The translations under genes and the position numbers were made by a program. The notes under the pieces are model-generated. The model ran no database searches, had not been told where the DNA came from, and saw only the letters and a list, made by a program, of their open reading frames with translations. DNA of 64,000 bases from Bacilli bacterium. GTDB taxonomy: Bacteria; Bacillota_I; Bacilli_A; RF39; UBA660. Positions 23,016-32,466 of the stretch are shown piece after piece (the stretch's first letter is position 1; each line of letters begins with the position of its first letter). Where the stretch lies: NCBI GenBank assembly GCA_017513865.1, contig JAFWMN010000011.1:142752-206751 (forward strand), in the 5' to 3' direction.

Positions 23016-26000
23016 TTAATTTTTCCTTTTTACAAACTTAAGTGAACTAATTAAACCAGCAATACTTATTAATAATATTACCACATAAAGTATCACATTG
23101 TCACTTGTTTGTGGACTATTAGTTTTCTTTGTTTCAGAAGTTGCTGGCGCTGTTGGAGTCGCTTGATCACTAGAAACAGTTCTTGATGCAATTGCGAAAT
23201 CTGAGAATGAAGATGTTCTAAATGTTATTGTATTAGTTTCTGGATCATAAGAATCAGCTGAAATAATTTCATATTGATCACCATTATGAACATTATGAAC
23301 AATAACTATATCATTACCATCAACACCTTCTTCTAGCGTAATAGTAATTGTTACTAATTTATTTAATTCATCGATTTGACTTGACCAAACATCATTAGCA
23401 TCATTTTTACCTTTATAGAAAACATTATATAAATCTATATCTAAATAACTAGATATTTCATAATCACCAGCGTTTTCTTCAAAATTAGCAATCTTTTCTT
23501 CTGATAAGTTAACATCATTAACTGTAAGCTTTCCGGTACCACCATTTAAAGCACCAGATAAATCTATTGTTCCACTAGTAACTTTGTCAGAGTTTGCTGC
23601 TACTACATCTTGAACTCTTGTGAATGTAGCGGCAAAGTGAATATTAGTATCAGGCATTGTAAATGTATATTGATTAAGTGTATCCTGAGCTTCTAATTGC
23701 ATACCATTCGCACTAACACTTGTTAGTTGATATCCATAATCAGGAATAAATTCAAATACTACCTCATATCCAGGAGTTACAGGTACCCAGCCCATTCCTG
23801 TTTCAGCATCAACATCAACTACCCCTGAAACTTGTTGATGATTTTCATCATAGATAGCAATTACTTTAGCTTTACCATGTTCAAGTAGCATATCTTCATC
23901 AAAGTTTTCGGCATCTTCATCAGCATCAACATTTGCCCATATTATTGTTCTTGGTACAGCAACACTATCATCACCAGTACCACTTATCGTATATTTAACT
24001 GCTCCTGGTACAGTAATTGTCCAAGAATCATCATCATTTATATGAACATTATCACTATTTTCAGTATAATCTACACCATTTATTGTATAAGTTGTAACAA
24101 CTTTATCACCAAAACGAGGTTGCAAACGAATATCATTAGTTTCTCCAGCATCAGTATTACCTGCATTAGGAACAACTACTCCTTCATAAGTGAATGATTG
24201 TTGTTGGAAATCTTGACTTTCTTCAACAATTGTTATTCCATTTATTTGAGCATTTACAAAAGTATTTGTCCAAGAAAGATCAAATTCAATATCCTCATAA
24301 TTTTGATTTTGTCCAGGGGTTTGAGGATTTTCACCAATTAAATTAAATTCACCATCAATTCTTTCATGGTTGGCTTGAGTAAGACCTGTATAATTTTTTG
24401 TTGTTCCATCTAAAAGATTACCATTTTCTCTTAAATGAGCTTCATAACCTTGTGCTGGCACAGCTTCAACTGTCACATCACCCAAAGCATATATAAAATG
24501 TCTGTTATCACTATTTCGTGAAAATAAACCTTCACCAGTAACAACAACAGTATTACCATTTTCAAAAGTAACAGTAATTGATGAAGCATCATCAACTTCT
24601 GGCATATTTGTAACTGCGCCACCTATTTCTACATCTGCATAATCTGCCAAATTAGTTGTTTGTTCTTCCCATTTAGCATAGAAAGTAGCGTCGCCAGTAA
24701 TTGCCTGCTGGCCGAAATCAAATTCTGAACTAAATGTTGAATCTTCATACCATCCTCTAAACTCATATCCTTGTCTTTCAGGAACTTGAATTGGAGCAAT
24801 ACGTTCTCCGTCTTCAGCATACACTGTTACAAAATCGTTTTCATCACCATACATCATAAGGTTAAATGTTACCTCATGTTTATCGCCCCAAAGAAGAACT
24901 ATAGTCATATCATCATTAACAATTTCATTTCCAGTAAGTGCTACATGTTCAGGGGTTTCAAGACCAACTATATATTTAATTGGATTACTATGGGTTGGAT
25001 CTGGAAGTCCAGAATTTCCAAAAATTTCCATAATTGTTTGACCTTCAACACCAGTAACAGTATTTGGATTCATCGAATTACCACCATTTACATCAATTGT
25101 AATGGTAACATTTTTAAGCCATTTAGCATATATCGTTGTTGTTTCTGTAATTGCTTTACTAAAATTAAATTCAATTAAACCTGTACTATCTTCATACCAT
25201 CCAGCAAAAGTATAACCATCTCTTGTTGGATCTTCATCTGGTCTTTGAACTCTATATCCATGACTGACATTTACTTCACTTAAGTCCTCATTACCGCCAC
25301 CTTTATTTAAATCAAAAGTTACAGCGTGTTGCTCACCACTATCTAGAGTCCATAAAGCATGTACCGTTTCATCTTCCATAAATTCAAACTCTTCACCAGC
25401 AAAAAATCCACCGACTGGAGTCTCAAGTTCATCTCTTACTTGCCATTCTAAGAAAACATAACCATCTTTAACTGGAGTTGGTAAATTAATAACATCTCCG
25501 TCACTTCTTGTAATTGGTTCTATCGCTTCACCACCGTCTACATCAAACGTTAAAGTAGAAGTGCTTAAAGCTATAGTACCTAAATCAATATAAAGGTATC
25601 CACCCCAATCAAATAATTCATAATCTAATTGTGTATAACCATCATTAGTAATATCTACACCATTAAAATAAATTCTAGTATTACTATCAAATTCAAAACC
25701 ATCACGAGTATGGAGCGCTAAACGCATCGCATAATGTGTTGTTCCATCAGCAACAGCTCTAGCTGGTCCTTGTCCAAAACCATGCCAACTTGACATTCCT
25801 GTTGCCCAGTGTGACCAACCTGTGTTGCTTCCATATTCCTCAATATCAACATGTTCAGTGGACGTTTCAGCTTCAAAATAACCCAAAACTCCTGCTGAAA
25901 CACTATCAGTATCACTAGTAATTCTAATTTCATTTAGTTCTTCAGCATGTACTTTCATCATCGGAATAAATGGCAAGAAATTAAATAATGTCATAAGCAT

Positions 26001-26042
26001 TACCATAAAAACCGAAAATATTTTTTGACTAATCTTTTTCAT
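23016..26042 (-). CDS. Sortase-anchored surface protein with InlB B-repeats (Listeria-Bacteroides/Flg_new repeats)
   Basis: Signal peptide ending KVHA. Repeats of type VTFD..GG...P.R.GY.F.GWY.D.....FNF...IT...T.YAKW. C-terminal SPQTSD, TM and KFVKRKN. Confidence 0.85.
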   Translation of the reverse strand: MKKISQKIFSVFMVMLMTLFNFLPFIPMMKVHAEELNEIRITSDTDSVSAGVLGYFEAETSTEHVDIEEYGSNTGWSHWATGMSSWHGFGQGPARAVADGTTHYAMRLALHTRDGFEFDSNTRIYFNGVDITNDGYTQLDYELFDWGGYLYIDLGTIALSTSTLTFDVDGGEAIEPITRSDGDVINLPTPVKDGYVFLEWQVRDELETPVGGFFAGEEFEFMEDETVHALWTLDSGEQHAVTFDLNKGGGNEDLSEVNVSHGYRVQRPDEDPTRDGYTFAGWYEDSTGLIEFNFSKAITETTTIYAKWLKNVTITIDVNGGNSMNPNTVTGVEGQTIMEIFGNSGLPDPTHSNPIKYIVGLETPEHVALTGNEIVNDDMTIVLLWGDKHEVTFNLMMYGDENDFVTVYAEDGERIAPIQVPERQGYEFRGWYEDSTFSSEFDFGQQAITGDATFYAKWEEQTTNLADYADVEIGGAVTNMPEVDDASSITVTFENGNTVVVTGEGLFSRNSDNRHFIYALGDVTVEAVPAQGYEAHLRENGNLLDGTTKNYTGLTQANHERIDGEFNLIGENPQTPGQNQNYEDIEFDLSWTNTFVNAQINGITIVEESQDFQQQSFTYEGVVVPNAGNTDAGETNDIRLQPRFGDKVVTTYTINGVDYTENSDNVHINDDDSWTITVPGAVKYTISGTGDDSVAVPRTIIWANVDADEDAENFDEDMLLEHGKAKVIAIYDENHQQVSGVVDVDAETGMGWVPVTPGYEVVFEFIPDYGYQLTSVSANGMQLEAQDTLNQYTFTMPDTNIHFAATFTRVQDVVAANSDKVTSGTIDLSGALNGGTGKLTVNDVNLSEEKIANFEENAGDYEISSYLDIDLYNVFYKGKNDANDVWSSQIDELNKLVTITITLEEGVDGNDIVIVHNVHNGDQYEIISADSYDPETNTITFRTSSFSDFAIASRTVSSDQATPTAPATSETKKTNSPQTSDNVILYVVILLISIAGLISSLKFVKRKN

Positions 26043-26147
26043 TTTTATCCTCCTTCTAAAACCCTAGTCCCCTATGATTACAGTATAGTATAAAAAAACA
26101 TATTTTTCAATAAAAAAGCACAAAAAAAGAATATGAAGACATATTCT

Positions 26148-26309
26148 TTACTCTCCGTTTCTATGAAGTGCGCCAAAGACAATAGAAAAAGCTAAAATAC
26201 CTATCAAAACAAAAGCTAACCACATAACTGGATTACCGTGATTCTTTATTATCCAAGCTTTAAATGGATCTATCCACTCATTTAACTTATCTATTATTGA
26301 CAAAACCAT
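26148..26309 (-). CDS. Small (53 aa) membrane protein missed by the ORF track
   Basis: ATG at 26309 behind TAGGTGA. MVLSIIDKLNEWIDPFKAWIIKNHGNPVMWLAFVLIGILAFSIVFGALHRNGE*. Followed by hairpin AAAGAATAT...ATATTCTTT. Confidence 0.75.
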   Translation of the reverse strand: MVLSIIDKLNEWIDPFKAWIIKNHGNPVMWLAFVLIGILAFSIVFGALHRNGE

Positions 26310-26317
26310 ATAATCAC

Positions 26318-28390
26318 CTATACCTTTCTAATACTTTTATGACCTTTCATAATTTTTTTAATACCAACCTTATGATTAAATGCAATTGTAAGTACACTAC
26401 CTACTGAAACAATTATACCTTCCCCATAAATATCATGAACTATTTTGTCTCCAGTATTATATTCAGCACTTTCATCAATCATATCCTTTTTATTAAATAC
26501 TGCAGGTTCATCTTCATCTTTTTCTAAATAATCATCATTAATTTCATCAATAAACCTGCTAGGAAGATTTACATTAGTGTTTCCATAAAGCATTCTTCTT
26601 TTGGCATTTACTAAAGTAAGTGTTTTTTTTGCTCTGGTAACTGCTACATAACAAAGCCTTCTTTCTTCTTCAAGTTCATCAGGGCTATCCATAGAATTAA
26701 CATGTGGAAATAAGCCTTCCTCTAAGCCTATTAAAAATACATGATCAAATTCTAAACCTTTAGCTGAATGAATTGTCATTAAGGTTACAACATCAGTATT
26801 ATTTTTATGTTCTTCAATATCCGAAACTAAAGCAATCTCAAGCAAGAATTCCTCTAATGAAATAACTCCATTATTCTCTTCAAAATTTTTCGTAATCGAT
26901 TTAAATTCTTCTAAATTTTCAAGTCTAATTTCAGCATCAATAGTTTTAGTGTTTTCTAGTTCCTTCCGCATACCAGATTTATCCAAAACTAAATCGACGA
27001 TTTCTGTTAAAGATAAATTTTCACTTTCTCTTTTTATATCTTCAATTATGTTTTTAAATAAAAGTTCTTTGCCAGAATCTATAGCTTCATAAATAGATGT
27101 TCCATTACTAATAGCTTTCAAACTTAAATTTTCAATTGTTTTAGGTCCAATTTGCCTTTTTGGAACATTTATTACTCTAAGCAAACTAACATCATCATTA
27201 GAATTATAAATTAACTTTAAATAACTTATTAAATCTTTAATTTCTTTCCTGTTATAAAAGTAAAAACTGCCGACTACTTTATATGGAATATTTTCTCTTA
27301 AAAGAGCTTCTTCCATATTTCGTGATTGCGCATTAGTCCTATATAAAACAGCAATATCTTCTTTATTAACCCCACTTATAATTAACTTTTTAATTTCATT
27401 CATTACATAATGGGCTTCATCTTGTTCATCATAAGAACGATGATATCTTATTTTTGGACCAACACCATTTTTAGTCCATAAATTTTTTTCTTTTCTTTGT
27501 TTATTATTCTTAATAATATCATTAGCTACATTTAAAATATTTCCTGTTGATCTATAGTTTTCTTCTAATCTTATCACTGTAGCATCAGGATAATCTTTTT
27601 CAAAGTTTAAAATATTTCTATAATTGGCTCCTCTAAATCCATAAATCGATTGATCCAAATCACCAACTACACACACATTTCGATATTTAGATCCAAGCAT
27701 CTTAATTAATCTATATTGAGCTTCATTAGTATCTTGATATTCATCGATCAAAATATACTTAAATCTTTCTTGATATCTTTCAAGTATTTCAGGATTTTCT
27801 TTAAATAATTTAATTGGTAAAAGCAGCAAATCATCAAAATCTAAAGAGTTATTTTTCTTAAGTCTTTTCTCATATTTTTCAAATACAGCAAGAACTATCT
27901 CTTCATATTCATTATTCGCAAATCTACTATAATATTTAGAATCCATAAGTTCGTTTTTCGCACTGCTTATTTTGTTTTTAATTCCTCTTGGATTATATAC
28001 TTTAGGATCTAAATTCATATCTTTTAAAATTTTTTTAATTATAGTAAGTGAATCATCACTGTCTAATATTGTAAAGTTTTTGTCAAATCCCAAAACTTCA
28101 TAATTGTCTCTAATTAATAATAATCCAAAAGAATGAAACGTTGATATTTGAATTTTATAAGCATCAGGTCCAAGCATCTTTATAACTCTTTCCTTCATTT
28201 CTTTAGCTGCTTTATTAGTAAAAGTAATCGCAAGAATATTATATGGATTAATACTTTCATTTACTAAATAGGCAACTTTTGTTGTTAAAACCCTTGTTTT
28301 TCCACTACCTGCTCCCGCTAATACTAATAATGGTCCAGAAGGATGTTTAACCGCTTCTATTTGCTTGTCATTTAAACCATCAAGATTCAT
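26318..28390 (-). CDS. pcrA: ATP-dependent DNA helicase PcrA/UvrD
   Basis: LAGAGSGKT, ILIDEYQDTN, VGDLDQSIYGFRGA, TIHSAKGLEF, EEERRLCYVAVTRA. Confidence 0.97.
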   Translation of the reverse strand: MNLDGLNDKQIEAVKHPSGPLLVLAGAGSGKTRVLTTKVAYLVNESINPYNILAITFTNKAAKEMKERVIKMLGPDAYKIQISTFHSFGLLLIRDNYEVLGFDKNFTILDSDDSLTIIKKILKDMNLDPKVYNPRGIKNKISSAKNELMDSKYYSRFANNEYEEIVLAVFEKYEKRLKKNNSLDFDDLLLLPIKLFKENPEILERYQERFKYILIDEYQDTNEAQYRLIKMLGSKYRNVCVVGDLDQSIYGFRGANYRNILNFEKDYPDATVIRLEENYRSTGNILNVANDIIKNNKQRKEKNLWTKNGVGPKIRYHRSYDEQDEAHYVMNEIKKLIISGVNKEDIAVLYRTNAQSRNMEEALLRENIPYKVVGSFYFYNRKEIKDLISYLKLIYNSNDDVSLLRVINVPKRQIGPKTIENLSLKAISNGTSIYEAIDSGKELLFKNIIEDIKRESENLSLTEIVDLVLDKSGMRKELENTKTIDAEIRLENLEEFKSITKNFEENNGVISLEEFLLEIALVSDIEEHKNNTDVVTLMTIHSAKGLEFDHVFLIGLEEGLFPHVNSMDSPDELEEERRLCYVAVTRAKKTLTLVNAKRRMLYGNTNVNLPSRFIDEINDDYLEKDEDEPAVFNKKDMIDESAEYNTGDKIVHDIYGEGIIVSVGSVLTIAFNHKVGIKKIMKGHKSIRKV

Positions 28391-28509
28391 CTTACCACCC
28401 TATAATAATTATAACACATTTTTTAAAGTTAAAAAAAGGAAATAAGATAAACAAACAGTATATTAATAAATAAGGAGGTGATAATATAGTTAATCATGTT
28501 TTAAATAAT

Positions 28510-29196
28510 ATGAGTGAAGTTATTAGTAATAATTATGATTCTGAACATCAGGCTTTAGACATTGTAAGTAGTGATCACAATGAAACAGATATTATAGCTT
28601 TAGAAAATGGTATAGTTGAAACCGTTATTAAAAATAAAAAAACAACAGATCATAATACTAAAGGAAATGACACTTATGGTAATTACATTAAAATAAAACA
28701 AACCGATGGTAAAGAAGCATTATATGCTCATATGAAATATGGCAGTATCAATGTTAATGTTGGTGATTTTGTTGAAAAAGGATCTATCATAGGAACAATG
28801 GGTTCAACTGGAAACGCTTATGGTAACCACCTACACCTAGAAGTGAAAAATGAAAATGGTATAAAGGAAAATCCACTAATTTCTCTAAATAAGCCAATTG
28901 AAGAAAAAAAAGAAGAAACTAAAGAAATTTCAAAAGAAAACGCCGTAACAGAACCACCAAAAGAAGAAACAAAAAAAGAAGAAAAAACTATCATTAAAAA
29001 TGAATATTTAAATAATACAGAATATAATGATGGTTCGATTGTTGATGCACTAAAAGAAATAAATATTGATAGTTCATATCAATATAGAAAAAAACTAGCG
29101 ATAGCTAACGGCATAACAAATTACCATGGTTCATATGATCAAAATGTAAAATTACTAAAACTTCTCAAAAATGGACAACTAAAAAAGGCTTATTAA
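28510..29196 (+). CDS. M23 family metallopeptidase with C-terminal DUF3597-like cell-wall-binding domain
   Basis: HxxxD (HQALD), YGNY, YAHM, HLH zinc motifs. C-terminal SIVDALK...DSSY..RKKLA..NGITNY.GS..QN..LL. True start may be 28486. Confidence 0.85.
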   Translation: MSEVISNNYDSEHQALDIVSSDHNETDIIALENGIVETVIKNKKTTDHNTKGNDTYGNYIKIKQTDGKEALYAHMKYGSINVNVGDFVEKGSIIGTMGSTGNAYGNHLHLEVKNENGIKENPLISLNKPIEEKKEETKEISKENAVTEPPKEETKKEEKTIIKNEYLNNTEYNDGSIVDALKEINIDSSYQYRKKLAIANGITNYHGSYDQNVKLLKLLKNGQLKKAY

Positions 29197-30602
29197 AGCC
29201 TTTTTATATTTCTTCTAACTTTTTTATTGTTTTGTGAGTCTTCATCTAACGATAAGCCAATTAAAATAATAGCCAAATTTTCTTTATACAAAACTTCATC
29301 AACCGTAATACCTAGCATACGAGCAATTTCTTCACTTGAATATACATTAGAAATTACCCCATAGCGTTTATTTAAAATATAACGAGTATCCGCATCAAAT
29401 ATACTAGTATCAAAATTTTTAATTATATCGCGCGTTACATTAAAATTATCTATATCTGTAAGAATAATTTCTTTAGAAAATTCATCCTGCTTATTATCTT
29501 CTTTCTTATCTATAGTAACAGGTTTAGAGTAATCTCCATTTAAGTATCTAATAATTTTACTATTTCGTCTAATTTTATTCAAAATGATTTTTTCAAGTTG
29601 CCCAACACGTGTTGTTGAAATTCCTAATTTTTTACCAATTTCTGCAAGAGTATGGGTTTTTCCATTGTAAAATCCATAACGCAAACAAAGTATTTCTTTT
29701 TCTCTATCATTAAATCCTATATCATCAATAATATCCATAAATTCTTTAGAAAAAAATTTATTATCAACATCTATAAAAGAATCTTCAGCCGGAATGAAAT
29801 CAACTAAAATATCTTCTTGATCATTGACAGTTTCATCCAAACTTCTACTATAAATTAATGTTTGTGTCTCTAAAATTTTATCTAATTCTGAAGAAGAAAT
29901 TTCCAAATTATTTAAAATCTCTTCCCTACTTGGAATATGCCCTAGTTTTTGACATAAAGCAATTTTTGCACTCTCAAATTCATTAATCTTTTTTCGAAAA
30001 TAAACAGGTATTCTAATCATTGAAACATCATTAGAAATATATTCACTTATATAACGTTTAATCCACCAAGTCGCATAAGTTGAAAACTTAACTTCTTTTT
30101 CAATATCAAACCTTTTTAAAGCCTCAATCATTCCCAAAATACCCTCTTGCCATAAAACCTCAAGTTCACCATTTGCCGCATATTTTTTGGCAATAGAAAA
30201 AGCTAATCGCAAATTGTTATTAATAAACTGATCACGATACTCTAAAGAACGATTAATTGCTCTATCAAGAATTGTTTTTTTTCCTTCTAAAGAAGCTTTT
30301 TCATAGCGCTCTTTAAAATAAGGTTTAACCTCTCCATAATATTTTATATATAATTGTTTTAAATTATCATCAACCTCATCGTAATAAGACAACTTTGTTT
30401 TTTTAATAAAATCAAGCTCTTCTTTTAAGGAATATTTTATATAATTTGTTTTAGAAAATAAATCATGAACAACACTATTTGTAAGAATACCTCCACTATC
30501 GTTTGAAGATATCGCACTTTCTTCGTTTTCTGAATCATAATCAATTTCTTTATTTTCAAAATCAAATATTTCTTCTTTCCTTAGTTCATAATCAAATAGC
30601 AT
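29193..30602 (-). CDS. Sigma-70 family factor (RpoD-like regions 2-3-4 plus a second region-4-like domain)
   Basis: NLRLAFSIAKKY, QEG.LG...A...FD.EK..KFSTYATWWI, IRIPV, REKEIL.LRYG...TLAEIG, and a second RYILNKRYG...SEEIARMLG. Confidence 0.85.
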   Translation of the reverse strand: MLFDYELRKEEIFDFENKEIDYDSENEESAISSNDSGGILTNSVVHDLFSKTNYIKYSLKEELDFIKKTKLSYYDEVDDNLKQLYIKYYGEVKPYFKERYEKASLEGKKTILDRAINRSLEYRDQFINNNLRLAFSIAKKYAANGELEVLWQEGILGMIEALKRFDIEKEVKFSTYATWWIKRYISEYISNDVSMIRIPVYFRKKINEFESAKIALCQKLGHIPSREEILNNLEISSSELDKILETQTLIYSRSLDETVNDQEDILVDFIPAEDSFIDVDNKFFSKEFMDIIDDIGFNDREKEILCLRYGFYNGKTHTLAEIGKKLGISTTRVGQLEKIILNKIRRNSKIIRYLNGDYSKPVTIDKKEDNKQDEFSKEIILTDIDNFNVTRDIIKNFDTSIFDADTRYILNKRYGVISNVYSSEEIARMLGITVDEVLYKENLAIILIGLSLDEDSQNNKKVRRNIKRL

Positions 30603-30671
30603 ATAAAAATCCCCACCTTCAGGGATATATTATAACAAAATTTAAATATTTTTCAAATTTAACAAAAGAAA

Positions 30672-31154
30672 TCAAAACCTTTTTGATTTCTTTTTTACTG
30701 TACATATAATATCTGTCTTGCCATCACAATGTAAATTACTCTGAACACTTTCAACTATACCATCATCTAATTTTAAATCCATATTGATTTCAATATTAAA
30801 TCCTTTTAAAATTCGCGAAAGTTTGTTCACTGAATTTATTTGTTCATCACTTAAATCAGATGGCAAATACAAAAGTCCAGCCTTTCCAATCTTATCACTT
30901 GAAATATTTAAAAACACAACACTATTTCCATATTCAGTTAAAAAGAAAGCAGGATAAACTGGCAAATAATATCCATCCCTAACCAAAGAAAAAACAGAAT
31001 TTTCACCATAAGTATCTAATCCATAACGAATCATAAGCCTACTATGTGATGCATAACCATTTCGATCACCTAAAAATTGAATAGATCCATCAGAAAGATT
31101 ATTAACTTCATCTAAAGGGCTAATTATTATAACTTTATAATTTTTCAAATCCAT
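30672..31154 (-). CDS. Hypothetical protein
   Basis: 160-aa ORF with RBS GGAGTG, followed by hairpin AAAGAAATCAAAA-GGT-TTTTGATTTCTTT. Confidence 0.6.
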   Translation of the reverse strand: MDLKNYKVIIISPLDEVNNLSDGSIQFLGDRNGYASHSRLMIRYGLDTYGENSVFSLVRDGYYLPVYPAFFLTEYGNSVVFLNISSDKIGKAGLLYLPSDLSDEQINSVNKLSRILKGFNIEINMDLKLDDGIVESVQSNLHCDGKTDIICTVKKKSKRF

Positions 31155-31241
31155 ATTATCACTCCGTTTCTATATTTTAACACATTTTATGATAATTGTT
31201 AAAAAAAATTAAAACAATAAAAAAGGATGACCATAATCATC

Positions 31242-31913
31242 CTACGGGTTTTGTGCTTGTGAAGTATCTGACTGTGCCTGTGAAGTATCTGACTGTGCTT
31301 GCGCAGTACTTGACTGCGAAGCAATATCTTGGGTAGCTGTAATCTTAACATGAATCTCAATTTCATTTTCAAGAGGATAAGTATTTTTAAAATCATATGA
31401 TGCTTTTCCCCAATATGTATCAAGAGCATCATCACCTGACTCATAAGGCCAAACAATAAGCATCTGAAAGTTTGTACTATCAGTAATTCCAATTGTCGGA
31501 TTACCAACCGAAAAAGTTATTGTAAATGGATAATTATTAGCTAACATACTCTCAAGCTGTGCTGAAGTATAATTATCATTAGTATAAGTATTCTCAAATA
31601 TTTTAACCGATGTCAGTTCATATATAATATTTGCAGGCATTTCACCGGAATTTCTAATATTAATGGTATCAGTATAATTACTCATACCTGGATAAATATC
31701 CGAAACATTAAAGACAACATTATTAACTAAAGTAGTACCATTTTGCGCAAAAGTAATTTTCCAAGATTTTACACCCGCATTAATTGTCGCAGCAATCTTA
31801 TTACTATAAATAAACCACGCAAATGCATTAGCCATAAACATAAGTACAAGGAAAAATATTGTCCTTCGCCTAAGTCCTTTTTTTAATTTAACATGACTAC
31901 CCTTGCTCTTCAT
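31242..31913 (-). CDS. SipW-type-signal-peptide protein (TasA/CalY-like filament subunit candidate)
   Basis: Basic N-terminus, hydrophobic helix, NAFA|WF, beta-rich body with IYPG and WPYESG.D..DT.WG. Overlaps the adjacent sipW. Confidence 0.65.
   Translation of the reverse strand: MKSKGSHVKLKKGLRRRTIFFLVLMFMANAFAWFIYSNKIAATINAGVKSWKITFAQNGTTLVNNVVFNVSDIYPGMSNYTDTINIRNSGEMPANIIYELTSVKIFENTYTNDNYTSAQLESMLANNYPFTITFSVGNPTIGITDSTNFQMLIVWPYESGDDALDTYWGKASYDFKNTYPLENEIEIHVKITATQDIASQSSTAQAQSDTSQAQSDTSQAQNP
31252..31310 (-). repeat. 21-bp coding tandem repeat (SQAQSDT, about 2.8 copies)
   Basis: TGTGCYTGTGAAGTATCTGAC at 31252-31272 and 31273-31293, plus a partial copy. Confidence 0.85.
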
Positions 31914-32466
31914 TTTGAACCTTTTCTTCCTTTTCCTTTATAAAATCAAGAATTTCCAAAAATATTAATAGAGCAATTGGAACAAAAACAAGAAAATAAA
32001 ACCCATATGAATTATTAAGTATATGACTAAGTAAACTTAAAGTAACCGGCTTATACTTAACAACTCCGTAAACTTGTTTTTGATTAACTAAAGGATCTGG
32101 TTCAGGATTACTTATACCTTGTGTTTTATATGTGTAATCTTTACCGTTATAATTAATATTAATAACACGGTGCGTAATAATTTTTCCTTTATAATCCTTT
32201 TCTTCACCCATATAAACTAAATCATCGCCGATTTTAATCTTATCATAATCTTTACTTCCGACGATAATAACGTCACCAATTTCATACTCTGGAACCATAC
32301 TGCCGGTAGCAATAGTGAATATGCGAAAATTGCTTATTGTAACTTTATTGTTAAAAACTCTTTGCACAAGAATAACGGCTACTATGAGAATAGCAATTAC
32401 CCAAATAATAGCTCTCAAAATACCAACTATTATTTTAAATGCTTTATTATTCATTATTTTTTTCAT
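31897..32466 (-). CDS. sipW: Signal peptidase I, SipW/ER-type (S26B), intact
   Basis: TGSM catalytic Ser, GD, ITHRV catalytic His, N- and C-terminal TMs. Confidence 0.9.
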   Translation of the reverse strand: MKKIMNNKAFKIIVGILRAIIWVIAILIVAVILVQRVFNNKVTISNFRIFTIATGSMVPEYEIGDVIIVGSKDYDKIKIGDDLVYMGEEKDYKGKIITHRVININYNGKDYTYKTQGISNPEPDPLVNQKQVYGVVKYKPVTLSLLSHILNNSYGFYFLVFVPIALLIFLEILDFIKEKEEKVQNEEQG

